A stretch of DNA of 64,000 nt, from assembly GCA_963716255.1 (NCBI GenBank), contig OY970303.1, positions 5,888,001 to 5,952,000 on the forward strand, written 5' to 3'. The position numbers were made by a program, and so were the translations under genes. The stretch is from an uncultured Gemmatimonadales bacterium. GTDB lineage: Bacteria; Gemmatimonadota; Gemmatimonadetes; Longimicrobiales; Longimicrobiaceae. Under the pieces are notes generated by a model, which worked only from the letters and a program-made list of their open reading frames with translations, did no database searches and was not told the DNA's origin. Below, piece after piece: positions 24,773 through 40,456 of this stretch (position 1 is the stretch's first letter; every line of letters starts with the position of its first letter).

Positions 24773-25597
24773 ATGAAGCGGATCGACCTTCACATCCACT
24801 CCCGCGCCTCGGACGGGCACCTCGCCCCCACCGCCGTCGTCGACGCCGCGGTGGCGGGGCGCCTGGACGTCATCGCCCTCACCGACCACGACACCGTGGC
24901 CGGCGTGCGCGAAGCCTGCGACGCCGCGCGCGAGCGTCCCATCCGGGTGATTCCCGGCATCGAGGTGAGCACCCGCCACCACGACGCCGAGATCCACGTG
25001 CTGGGCTACTTCGTGGATCCAGGCTCCCCCGCGCTGGTGGGGCACGGCGAGGCCGCGCGCGACCGGAGGCACGACCGGGCGCGCAGGATGGTGGGCAAGC
25101 TCCAGGAGCAGGGAGTCCGGCTGGACTTCGAGGACGTGCTCCGCGAGGCGGGGCCGGACACCGCCTCCATCGGCAGGCCGCACATCGCCCGCGCCCTGCT
25201 GGCCGGCGGGCACACCCGCTTCTACGGGGAAGCGTTCGACCGCTATCTCGCGGACGGCCGCAGCGCCTTCGTCCTCACCGAGTTCCCCTCGGTGCGCGAG
25301 GCCATCGACATGATCCACGCCGGCGGCGGCCTGGCCGTGTGGGCCCACCCCCCTCTGGATCTGTTCGACAGCGAGGTGCGCAGCTTCGCGGAGTGGGGGC
25401 TGGACGGCGTGGAGTGCTTCCGCCCGAACACCCCGCCCGCCGAGTCGCTGCTCTTCGAGACCGCGGCGCGGGCGCTGGGGCTGCTGCGCACCGGCGGCTC
25501 CGACTGGCACGGTCCGCACCGTGGCCCGCTGGGCCAGTTCGCGGTGCGCGAGGAGGACGTGCTGGAATTGCTGGACGCCGGGGCGGGGCGTTTTTGA
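24773..25597 (+). CDS. PHP-domain phosphoesterase (TrpH/YciV-like)
   Basis: DLHIHSRASDG, LTDHD, GIEVS, GRPH, AHP, GGSDWH. Confidence 0.9.
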   Translation: MKRIDLHIHSRASDGHLAPTAVVDAAVAGRLDVIALTDHDTVAGVREACDAARERPIRVIPGIEVSTRHHDAEIHVLGYFVDPGSPALVGHGEAARDRRHDRARRMVGKLQEQGVRLDFEDVLREAGPDTASIGRPHIARALLAGGHTRFYGEAFDRYLADGRSAFVLTEFPSVREAIDMIHAGGGLAVWAHPPLDLFDSEVRSFAEWGLDGVECFRPNTPPAESLLFETAARALGLLRTGGSDWHGPHRGPLGQFAVREEDVLELLDAGAGRF

Positions 25598-25614
25598 ACG
25601 GCGACTGCGGGTTC

Positions 25615-25743
25615 GGGCGTGCCCCCGGCTGGCGCCGGGGTCGGGCTTCGGCTCCGTAAGCGAGCAGACAACGCTCGCTAACGGAGTCGAGACCCGCGAA
25701 ACTGCCCGCGGGTCTCGCCCCTTCGGGCCGAAATCCCTCACGC
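25615..25743 (-). repeat. Family A repeat, copy A3 (inverted)
   Basis: Reverse complement reads GAGACCCGCGGGCAGTTTCGCGGGTCTC...CTCCGTT-AGCGAGC-GTTGTCT-GCTCGCT-TACGGAG. Confidence 0.9.
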
Positions 25744-25787
25744 GGGTGGCGGCGCGTGTCCCGGCGGAACCGACGAGCGGGGGAGCG

Positions 25788-26339
25788 ATGCGAGACACGG
25801 CGGGCGTGCGGGACCCCTGGGTGGGCGGCGGGCTGGCGCTCCTGGCGCTGCTCACCGTGGGAGCGGTGCTGCTCTACCGGGGCGAGCCGCAGAGCGTGGC
25901 CGAGGCGCGGACCGGGGCGATGGTCGCGGTGCGCCCCAGCGCCTATGGGCCCAGGATCGCGGTCGCCGGGGAGCGCGTCCGCGCCGCCGAGGCGGCATCC
26001 GCTTCGGGCGACACCGTCGCCGCCCTGCGCGAGTACGCCGCGGCCGCCGGGCAGGCGTGGTCCGCCCGCGGCTTCGCCTCCGACACCGCCGAGACCATGG
26101 CCGCCACGGAGCTGTGGGCGGATGCAGTCCTGGACCGCTCCGCCCTGATGCTCGCCGCCGCGTCCTCCCCCTGGTGGCGCCGCGACGACGACGCGGCCCT
26201 CCAGGACGCCCTCGCCCAGGTGGAGCGCGTCGTCGCCGTCCCCACCTCCCCCCCGACGCGGCAGCGCGCGCAGACGCTCGCCGACGCCGTCCGCGCCAAG
26301 CTCCGCCCGGGTCCGCTGGAATGGCTGCCGCGCCGCTGA
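25788..26339 (+). CDS. Hypothetical membrane-anchored protein
   Basis: N-terminal TM helix, GC3-rich frame, GGGAG RBS. Confidence 0.6.
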   Translation: MRDTAGVRDPWVGGGLALLALLTVGAVLLYRGEPQSVAEARTGAMVAVRPSAYGPRIAVAGERVRAAEAASASGDTVAALREYAAAAGQAWSARGFASDTAETMAATELWADAVLDRSALMLAAASSPWWRRDDDAALQDALAQVERVVAVPTSPPTRQRAQTLADAVRAKLRPGPLEWLPRR

Positions 26340-26956
26340 CCCCCGCGCGCCGCGCCGTGGCAGCCGCGCTCCTCTTCCTGGGGAGCGCCGCGCTCGCCGG
26401 GATCCAGCTCGTGGAGGGCGGGACGCATTACCGCACCCCGGCGCTCACCGAGGGCGTGTTCGCCCTCCTCCTCACCTACATCCTCCTGCTGCGCGGGGCC
26501 TGGATCCGCCCCGCGGGGTGGCTCGGCTGGCTGGCGGTGGCGTACGGCGCCGCCGCCAACGCGCAGCTCCTGGAAATGCTCCTTCCGCCTCCGGGCGTGA
26601 TCGAGTGGATGGTGGTGTTCGTGCTCGCCTTCGCGGCGTGGGGCGCCCTCGCCTCCGGAACCCGCACCCGGCTGGTCGCCTCGCTCGCCAGCCTCGCGCT
26701 CCTCCTGGCGCTCCTCCGCTACTCCGTCATTCCCGTGCTCTGGGAGCGCGTGGGTCCCGCGCCCGGAGCCGCGTTCGGGCTGGGCGACGCGGCGGAGGCG
26801 GTCCGCCGCATCCTCGCCGACCACGAGCCCACCCGCCCGTCCGGGCAGCTGCTCGGGCTCCTCGGGCTCGCCCTCTGGGCCGCCGGGACCAGGCTCCTGT
26901 GGGAGCCCGAAGAGCCGTCCACGGAAGCGGAAGTCGTTGTGCCACAAGCCCCTTGA
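26321..26956 (+). CDS. Hypothetical multi-pass membrane protein
   Basis: About 6 hydrophobic segments; overlaps the upstream gene. Confidence 0.6.
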   Translation: MAAAPLTPARRAVAAALLFLGSAALAGIQLVEGGTHYRTPALTEGVFALLLTYILLLRGAWIRPAGWLGWLAVAYGAAANAQLLEMLLPPPGVIEWMVVFVLAFAAWGALASGTRTRLVASLASLALLLALLRYSVIPVLWERVGPAPGAAFGLGDAAEAVRRILADHEPTRPSGQLLGLLGLALWAAGTRLLWEPEEPSTEAEVVVPQAP

Positions 26957-26981
26957 CGGCCACTCGGAGCTCATGTATTAT
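26953..26981 (+). promoter_or_regulatory. rRNA promoter P1
   Basis: TTGACG-17 bp-TATTAT. Confidence 0.75.
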
Positions 26982-27036
26982 TGTCGCCCTTCGCGAAAAC
27001 GGACGGCGCGGCGGCTCCACGGAGCCGGTCGAGGCC

Positions 27037-27065
27037 TTGACGAAAGCGAGACGAGCCGATAAGTT
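27037..27065 (+). promoter_or_regulatory. rRNA promoter P2
   Basis: TTGACG-17 bp-TAAGTT; a boxA-like ATATTTGAAAA follows at 27101. Confidence 0.65.
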
Positions 27066-27204
27066 GAAAGGCTCTGCGGCGGTTGGTTGCCGCGACCGGA
27101 ATATTTGAAAATTTGGGTGAAGGGAATAGGGAGTAGCAAAGGCTGAGAAAGAGCACCTTTGGCGGTGGGCCGGGAGCACGTGTCTTCGGATACGTAGACT
27201 ATCC

Positions 27205-30199
<2,995 letters not shown>

Positions 30200-30334
30200 G
30201 GTCGATAGGCAGGACCGGCGCATCGTCAAAGCTCTTTCGAAGTACTTGCTGCTCCCATTCTCTTCCCCTGATTTCTGTAGCGCGGGAGCGATCCCGTGCG
30301 AGGCACCGCGGACCTTGGGGTCCGCAGCCGGTGC

Positions 30335-30452
30335 GGCTGGTGGCGATGGCGTGGGGGATACACCCGATCCCATCTCGAACTCGGAAGTTAAGACCCACTG
30401 CGCGGATGGTACTGCCGGGGCCACCCGGTGGGAGAGTACGGCGCTGCCAGCC
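30335..30452 (+). rRNA. rrf: 5S ribosomal RNA
   Basis: CACCCGATCCCATCTCGAACTCGGAAGTTAAG, GATGGTACT, GGGAGAGTA; terminal GGCTGG/CCAGCC helix. Confidence 0.97.
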
Positions 30453-30460
30453 CTGTTCTT

Positions 30461-30497
30461 CAGAGCCCCTCGATCCTACACGGATCGGGGGGCTCTG
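30461..30497 (+). terminator. Hairpin after 5S (probable terminator)
   Basis: CAGAGCCCCTCGATCC...GGATCGGGGGGCTCTG. Confidence 0.6.
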
Positions 30498-30556
30498 CTC
30501 GTTCGGGCACGGAGAAAGCGTGCATACACAGGAATGTAGAGGCCGGGCAGGCTGTT

Positions 30557-30685
30557 GCGTGAGGGATTACGGCCCGAAGGGGCGAGACCCGGCGGCAGTT
30601 TGCCGGGGCTCGACTCCGTTAGCCCGCGTTGTTTGCGGGCTTACGGAGCCGAAGCCCGACCCCGGCGCCAGCCGGGGACACGCCC
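30557..30685 (+). repeat. Family A repeat, copy A4
   Basis: CTCCGTT-AGCCCGC-GTTGTTT-GCGGGCT-TACGGAG core with conserved ends. Confidence 0.9.
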
Positions 30686-30794
30686 AGGCCCGCGGCGACG
30701 GTCCGTTCGGATCCGGCATCAAGACTCGTCCCTGGCGACAAACGACGTCGCTCGCTACCTTGGTGCCATTACCGCTCCGGACGCGCCGCTGGCG

Positions 30795-30823
30795 TTGCCG
30801 GACCGCGCAGTACGCTCTATACT
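30795..30823 (+). promoter_or_regulatory. sigma70-type promoter of the NtrC-type regulator
   Basis: TTGCCG-17 bp-TATACT. Confidence 0.65.
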
Positions 30824-30882
30824 CTCCATCAGCCTGTCGGCCGGTTCAGGCAGGTCCCCACCGCTCCTTTGTGTCCCACGCC

Positions 30883-32298
30883 ATGACCCAGCCAGCCGAG
30901 TCGCATCCCTCGATCACGGTGCTCATCGTCGACGACGAGGAGCTGCTGGTGAAGAGCTGCGGCCAGATCCTTTCCAGCGAGGGGTACACCGTCCACACGG
31001 AGGGCCGCGGGCGGAGCGCGCTGGACATGGTGAGACGGCACCGTCCGGACCTGATCCTGGCGGACCTGCACCTTCCCGACATGGACGGGATGGTGCTTCT
31101 CAAGGAGATCAAGAAGATCTCGCCGGAAAGCCTGGTGATCATGATCACCGGCTTCGCGACGGTGGATTCCAGCGTGGAGGCGATCCGCGCGGGCGCGTAC
31201 GACTACATCCCGAAGCCCTTCACCGCGACGCAGCTGCGCATCCTCATCGGGCGGGCGGCGCAGCAGGTCCAGCTGGTGCGCGACAACGCGGTGCTCCGCG
31301 ACCAGCTCAAGAAGCAGTACAGCTTCGAGAACATCGTCGGCACCAGCGAGTCCATCCAGAAGGTGTTCTCGGTGGTGTCCCGCGTGGCGCCGACGGACGC
31401 CAGCGTGTTCATCTCCGGCGAGTCGGGGACGGGCAAGGAGCTGATCGCGCGCGCCATCCACATGAACAGCCGCCGCTCCGACCGGCCGTTCATGGCCATC
31501 AACTGCGCCGCGCTCCCGGACCACCTGCTGGAATCGGAGCTGTTCGGGCACGAGAAGGGCGCCTTCACCGGGGCGGACGTGGCGCGGCGCGGCCTCCTGG
31601 AGGCGGCGTCCGGGGGGACGTTCTTTCTGGACGAGGTCACGGAGATGAGCATGGACCTCCAGGCCAAGCTCCTCCGCGTGATCCAGGAGCGCAAGATCCG
31701 GCGCGTGGGCGGGGAAGGGGAGCTGCAGATCGACGTCCGCTGGGTGTCGGCTACCAACCGCGACCCGGAGAAGGCGGTCAAGGACGGGGCGCTCCGGCAG
31801 GACCTGCTCTTCCGCCTCAACGTGGTGCCGCTGAAGCTGCCGCCGCTGCGGGCGAGGCGCGACGACATCCCGGCGCTGGCGCAGCACTTCCTGCGCAAGT
31901 ACGCGCAGGAGTACGAGCGGCCGCAGATCAACTTCGCGCCGGACTCGCTGCGGATCCTGTGCGAGTACGACTGGCCGGGGAACATCCGCGAGCTGCAGAA
32001 CATGGTGGAGCGGGTGGTCTCCCTGTGCTCGCCGGGGCAGACGATCGGCAAGGACGACCTGCCCGAGGAGCTGGTCAACCGGGAGCGGTCGACCACGCGC
32101 GGGTTCTCGCCGTTCCTGTCGGACCAGCTGTTCCACGACGCAAAGGCGGAGGCGGTGTCGTCGTTCGAGAAGGAGTACCTGCGGTCGCTCCTGGAAAAGA
32201 ACGGGGGGAACATCTCCCAGGCGGCGCGGCAGGCGGGCATAGATCGGAAGACGATTCACCGCATGCTGGCCAAGTACGAGCTGGAGGGGTGGGACTGA
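30883..32298 (+). CDS. sigma54-dependent response regulator (REC-AAA+-Fis HTH, NtrC/AtoC family)
   Basis: IVDDE receiver; GESGTGKE; intact GAFTGA; WPGNIREL; GNISQAARQAGI HTH. Confidence 0.95.
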   Translation: MTQPAESHPSITVLIVDDEELLVKSCGQILSSEGYTVHTEGRGRSALDMVRRHRPDLILADLHLPDMDGMVLLKEIKKISPESLVIMITGFATVDSSVEAIRAGAYDYIPKPFTATQLRILIGRAAQQVQLVRDNAVLRDQLKKQYSFENIVGTSESIQKVFSVVSRVAPTDASVFISGESGTGKELIARAIHMNSRRSDRPFMAINCAALPDHLLESELFGHEKGAFTGADVARRGLLEAASGGTFFLDEVTEMSMDLQAKLLRVIQERKIRRVGGEGELQIDVRWVSATNRDPEKAVKDGALRQDLLFRLNVVPLKLPPLRARRDDIPALAQHFLRKYAQEYERPQINFAPDSLRILCEYDWPGNIRELQNMVERVVSLCSPGQTIGKDDLPEELVNRERSTTRGFSPFLSDQLFHDAKAEAVSSFEKEYLRSLLEKNGGNISQAARQAGIDRKTIHRMLAKYELEGWD

Positions 32299-32341
32299 TT
32301 TCCGTGCGCTGAGGCGGGGGTGGGGCGGGGCGAGGTGGGGC

Positions 32342-32492
32342 CGCTACGGAGCCCGGCGGAAACAGCCCCGCCGGTCTCCTCCGCGGGCTCCGGGAGCCAG
32401 CCGAAACTGCCCGGCTGTCTCCCTTCGCCGGGGGGAGCCTCGCCAAACAGCCGGCGAGTCTCCCCCCGCAACGGATCATGGGGGTACTGCGG
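32342..32492 (+). repeat. Family B triple-hairpin repeat, copy B1
   Basis: Three GAGCC-stem-AAACNGCC-stem'-GTCTC hairpins; homologous to 51520-51667. Confidence 0.85.
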
Positions 32493-32504
32493 AACGGCAA
32501 CGGC

Positions 32505-32539
32505 AAAGCCCGTCCTCCTGCTCGGGGGACGGGCTTTTT
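32505..32539. terminator. Probable bidirectional terminator between convergent genes
   Basis: AAAGCCCGTCC...GGACGGGCTTTTT. Confidence 0.75.
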
Positions 32540-32570
32540 CGCGTGGGCGGGTTCGGCTGCTCGTGCCTCG

Positions 32571-33227
32571 TCAGCCGGTGCGCGCCGACCGCACGGCGCG
32601 CAGCAGCTCGCGCACGGCTTCCGTCGGGTCGGGGGCCTGCATCACGGCGCGGATCACGGCCACGCCGGCGGCGCCCGCGCGCGCCACCTCCGCGGCGTTC
32701 GCCGCGTCGATGCCGCCGATGCCGACCGCGGGGATCCCGGCGGCGCGCGCCACGGCGGCGACGCGCGCCAGGCCCACGGGGAGGCCCGCGTCGTCCTTGC
32801 TGGCGGTCTCGTGCACGGGGCCCACGCCCACGTAGTCCGCGCCGTCCCGGCGGGCGCGGACGGCCTGTTCCGGCGTTTCCGTGGAGCGGCCGAGGAGGAA
32901 GCCGGGCGGGACGATGCGGCGCGCGGCGGCGACGGGGATGTCGTCGTCGCCCACGTGGGCGCCGTCGGCGCCCGCCGCCAGGGCGACGTCCACGCGGTCG
33001 TTGACGATCAGCAGGGCGCCCGCCTCGCGAGTGGCCTCGCGCAGCGCGCACGCCAGCTCCACCGTTTCCCGGGCGCTTTCCGTCTTGGCGCGGAGCTGGA
33101 CGCAGGGGGCGCCGCCGCGGAGCGCGGCGCGCACCACGTCCACCAGCTCGCGGCCCTCGCCGCAGCGGGCGTCGGTGATCACCATCAGCTCCAGGCGACG
33201 AGCCAGCTCCTCCGGAGAGGTCGTCAT
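32571..33227 (-). CDS. thiE: Thiamine-phosphate synthase
   Basis: VQLRAK, IVNDRVDVA, GAHVGDDD, GPVHETASK, GIGGI. Confidence 0.95.
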   Translation of the reverse strand: MTTSPEELARRLELMVITDARCGEGRELVDVVRAALRGGAPCVQLRAKTESARETVELACALREATREAGALLIVNDRVDVALAAGADGAHVGDDDIPVAAARRIVPPGFLLGRSTETPEQAVRARRDGADYVGVGPVHETASKDDAGLPVGLARVAAVARAAGIPAVGIGGIDAANAAEVARAGAAGVAVIRAVMQAPDPTEAVRELLRAVRSARTG

Positions 33228-33261
33228 GTGCAGGTCGTGCGACTCAGGAGAGACCCGTGCC

Positions 33262-33316
33262 GTTCTCCCCCTTTCCCCCGCTTGCGGGGGAGAGGGGGCC
33301 GGGGGGTGAGGGGGCC
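33262..33316 (-). repeat. Family C palindrome
   Basis: Reverse complement differs from 40170-40223 by a single indel. Confidence 0.85.
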
Positions 33317-33344
33317 GGCATTCGCGGACGCCAGTGCGAGCCCC

Positions 33345-33473
33345 GCGTGAGGGATTTCGGCCCGAAGGGGCGAGACCCGGCGGCCGTTTGCCGGGGCTCG
33401 ACTCCGTTACGCACGGTTGTTTCGTGCGTTACGGAGCCGAAGCCCGACCCCGGCGCCAGCCGGGGGCACGCCC
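33345..33473 (+). repeat. Family A repeat, copy A5
   Basis: CTCCGTT-ACGCACG-GTTGTTT-CGTGCGT-TACGGAG core. Confidence 0.9.
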
Positions 33474-33499
33474 GAACCCTTCCCTTCACGCCCTTCCAC

Positions 33500-34489
33500 T
33501 CAACGCTTCTGCGCCGCCCGCTCACGCTGGGAGCTGACCTTTGCCCGGTTGTGCTCGGCGAGAGAGCGGGTGAACACGTGCGTGCCGTTGGGCCGGGCGA
33601 CGAAGTACAGGTAGTCCACCTTCGCCGGGCTCAGCGCGGCCTCGATGGAGCCCCGGCTGGGCGAAGCGATGGGGCCCGGCGGAAGACCCGCGCGCCGGTA
33701 GGTGTTGTACGGGTTGTCTGCGACGTCGGCGATGTGGCTGTAGAGCAGCCGCGACTGGTGCGCGCCGAGGGCGTACTGCACCGTGGGGTCCGCCTGGAGC
33801 CGCATCCCGATGCGCAGGCGGTTGTGGTACACGGCGGAGATGGTGTCGCGCTCGGTCCAGACCTTTGCCTCCTTCTCCACGATGGAGGCCAGCGCGACCA
33901 CGTCCCGCTCGCTCATTCCCAGCGAGTCGGCGCGGGCGCGCATGGCGGGGGTCCAGGCCTTCCGGTAGCGGTCCACCATGGCGCGCACCATGCGCCGCGG
34001 CGGCGTGCCCAGCGCGAACTCGTAGGTGGCGGGGTACAGGTAGCCTTCCAGCGTGGGGCCGGGGACGCTCCACTTCTTCGCGGCGGCGGTGTCGGCGACG
34101 ATGGCAAGCACCGAGTCCTCCGGGGTCTTCGTCACCTCGGCCAGGCGCGCGGCGATCTGGCGCGCGGTCCACCCCTCGGGGATGGCGACGCGCACCTTGA
34201 CCACGTCGCCGGAAACGAGCTTGTCCAGCGCGGCGCTCCAGGTGGAGCCCTGCCGCAGCTCGTACACGCCGGGCTTGAGGGAGCGCTCCGCCCCCCGCGC
34301 GCGGGCGTACAGGCGGAAGCCGGCGGGCCAGCGGATCACTCCGCGCGCCGCCAGCGAGTCGGAGGCCGCGGACATGCCGCTCCCTTCCGGGATGGTGACC
34401 CGCACCGGGTCTCCGCCCTTGCCGCCGCACCCGGCCAGGAGGAGCCCCGCTAGCAGGATGGCTCCGGGTCGTGTTCTGCTGCCGCTCAT
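33500..34489 (-). CDS. mltG: Endolytic transglycosylase MltG (YceG)
   Basis: IPEG, LEGYLYPATY, LASIVEKE, LQADPTVQY, PYNTY...GLPPGPI. Confidence 0.95.
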   Translation of the reverse strand: MSGSRTRPGAILLAGLLLAGCGGKGGDPVRVTIPEGSGMSAASDSLAARGVIRWPAGFRLYARARGAERSLKPGVYELRQGSTWSAALDKLVSGDVVKVRVAIPEGWTARQIAARLAEVTKTPEDSVLAIVADTAAAKKWSVPGPTLEGYLYPATYEFALGTPPRRMVRAMVDRYRKAWTPAMRARADSLGMSERDVVALASIVEKEAKVWTERDTISAVYHNRLRIGMRLQADPTVQYALGAHQSRLLYSHIADVADNPYNTYRRAGLPPGPIASPSRGSIEAALSPAKVDYLYFVARPNGTHVFTRSLAEHNRAKVSSQRERAAQKR

Positions 34490-34929
34490 TCCTCGTCGCT
34501 CGAATCGTGGGCGCCGTGGTCCAGGTAGCCGCGCAGGATCAGCGCCGCCGCCGTGGAGTCGATGCGCGCCTTGTCCTCGCGCTGGCTCCGCTTCAGCCCC
34601 AGGCTTCGCACGGCGCGTTCCGCTTCCACCGAAGACAGGCGCTCGTCCACCCAGTGCACGGGGAGGCCGGTGCGCCGGGCCAGCTCCGCCCCGAAGGCGC
34701 GCACCTCCGCCGCCCATTCTCCCTCGTCCCCGCCCAGTTCGAGCGGGAGCCCCACCACCAGCTCGGCCACCTCGTGCCCGGCCACCAGGCGCGCGATCTC
34801 GGCCCAGGGCGGCCTCTTCCCGGGCCGGCGCACCAGCGTGGTCAGCGGCGCGGCGATGGTGCGCGTGGGGTCGCTGAGCGCCACCCCGATGCGCTTCCGC
34901 CCGAAGTCCAGCGCCAGGATCCTGCTCAT
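34486..34929 (-). CDS. ruvX: YqgF/RuvX pre-16S rRNA nuclease
   Basis: LALDFGRKRIGVALSD, VGLP, DERLSS, IDSTAAALIL. Confidence 0.95.
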   Translation of the reverse strand: MSRILALDFGRKRIGVALSDPTRTIAAPLTTLVRRPGKRPPWAEIARLVAGHEVAELVVGLPLELGGDEGEWAAEVRAFGAELARRTGLPVHWVDERLSSVEAERAVRSLGLKRSQREDKARIDSTAAALILRGYLDHGAHDSSDEE

Positions 34930-34987
34930 GGCCTCTCCAAGCGAAAACGGCCCGCCGGAGCGGGCCGCCGGACCGGCCTGCGCGCTC

Positions 34988-39013
<4,026 letters not shown>

Positions 39014-39157
39014 TCCTGGCTGCCTCCTGATCTGAAACGCGAGCCCGCCTCGCGCCCGCGGGGCGCAAGGGAGTCGCACCTGAAAACCCAGGGTCGTAAT
39101 GTAAAGGCCCGCGCGACGTAGCCGCAAGCGGCGCCGCCGCCTGCGGGGGGGCGGGGA

Positions 39158-39173
39158 TGGCACGCCCGTTGCT
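39158..39173 (+). promoter_or_regulatory. sigma54 -24/-12 promoter
   Basis: TGGCAC-GCCCG-TTGCT, consensus match ~50 bp upstream of 39226. Confidence 0.7.
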
Positions 39174-39225
39174 GCCCCGGGGCTCCGCCGGCCCTTCGCC
39201 CACACCCTGCTCCCGTCCATCCGCC

Positions 39226-39465
39226 ATGTACTACGAAGACCAGTCTCGACGCTTCAACCTCGCCAGCGGGCTGCTGTCCGGGGCGGTGCTGGGGGCGGGG
39301 ATCGCCCTGCTCCTGCTCCCCGACCGCAGGCGCGCCCGCCGCATCGGCCGCGCGGCCGCGGGCGTCGGGCGAAAGGCCGCCCGCCGCGCCGGGGAGCTGC
39401 GCGAGGAGCTCGGCGACACCCTGCAGGACACCGTCCGCGCCGGCAGGCGGCGGCTGAAGCGGTAG
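39226..39465 (+). CDS. Small YtxH-like protein
   Basis: GLLSGAVLGAGIALLLLP followed by a basic helix. Confidence 0.65.
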   Translation: MYYEDQSRRFNLASGLLSGAVLGAGIALLLLPDRRRARRIGRAAAGVGRKAARRAGELREELGDTLQDTVRAGRRRLKR

Positions 39466-39484
39466 TCCGCCGCGCGACCGGGAC

Positions 39485-39703
39485 GTGCGCGCCAGCGGCG
39501 AGGAGCTGGAGCCGCTGTTCCGCCGCCTCTTCCCGGGGCACCGCTTCATCGTGGTCTCCAACCGCGAGCCGTACGAGCACCGCTGGTCGGACGAGGTGGG
39601 GGAGGAGGAGATGCGGGAGGCGGTCCTGGTGAACCCCTACGATCCCGAGGACTTCGCGCGCAGCATCCGCGACGCGCTGGCGATGCCGCCGGGGGAGCGG
39701 AGG
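39485..39703 (+). pseudogene. otsA: Internally deleted trehalose-6-phosphate synthase (OtsA/GT20) remnant
   Basis: N-terminal motif IVVSNREPY joined within ~15 codons to the C-terminal motif EAVLVNPYD...ALAMPPGER. Confidence 0.75.
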
Positions 39704-39756
39704 AGCACGCCGAGTTCGCCATCCCCGCGGAGATGTCCTGAGCTCCTGGGCGCTCC

Positions 39757-39975
39757 TCAGCCGCCGGCCGGGTACAGGCCGAACGGAATGCCCGCCCTTT
39801 CCAGCTCTCCCCCCAGCCGGTCCACCTCCTCCGGCAGCGTTTCCAGCGCCAGGCTGCACCGGGCGTTCGCTCCCGGCGGCGCGGGTACCACCTCCACGGG
39901 AATTCCCTCCCCGGCCGCGACCTCCTCCGCCCAGAGCGCGTGGTGCGTGGTGTCGAAGGTGAACAGTCGAGTCAT
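39757..39975 (-). CDS. DUF3343-like small protein
   Basis: FTFDTTHHALWAEE, VVPAP, CSLAL pattern. Confidence 0.7.
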   Translation of the reverse strand: MTRLFTFDTTHHALWAEEVAAGEGIPVEVVPAPPGANARCSLALETLPEEVDRLGGELERAGIPFGLYPAGG

Positions 39976-40013
39976 ACCGGACGGGGGGGTGTCGGGATGA
40001 AGAATCGGGATTT

Positions 40014-40141
40014 GGGCGTGCCCCCGGCTGCGCCGGGGTCGGGCTGCGGCTCCGTAACGCACGAAACAACCGTGCGTAACGGAGTCGAGCCCCGCCAAAC
40101 GGCCGGCGGGTCTCGCCGCTTCGCGCTCGCATCCCTCACGC
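40014..40141 (-). repeat. Family A repeat, copy A6 (inverted)
   Basis: Reverse complement: GCGTGAGGGATGCGAGCGCGAAGCGGCGAGACCCGCCGGCCGTTTGGCGGGGCTC...CACGCCC. Confidence 0.9.
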
Positions 40142-40169
40142 GGGGTGGGCGCTGGCGTCCGCGAGGATG

Positions 40170-40223
40170 GGCCCCCTCACCCCCCGCCCCCTCTCCCCCG
40201 CAAGCGGGGGAAAGGGGGAGAAC
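40170..40223 (+). repeat. Family C palindrome
   Basis: CCCCTCACCCCCCGCCCCCTCTCCCCCGCAAGCGGGGGAAAGGGGGAG. Confidence 0.85.
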
Positions 40224-40351
40224 CGCACGACATCCCTCCGTTCAGCACCTTGCTGACACCCAAGTGGGCCTGACCTACACGGATTCCGTATCATCTGGTC
40301 ATCCCCATGGGGTAGCCGACTCCTCACGCCATACTCTGTATCTCTCCCCCG

Positions 40352-40383
40352 CGCACTCTCGCACTTTCGCACTCCCGCACTTA
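40352..40383 (+). repeat. Tandem 8-mer CGCACTNN x4
   Basis: CGCACTCT CGCACTTT CGCACTCC CGCACTTA. Confidence 0.75.
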
Positions 40384-40456
40384 TCTTCTCCGTCCTTCCG
40401 CGCGGCCTCAAGATCCGGCGCGCCGCCGGCTCCACGCAAGCCACCGCTCAGCCAAC

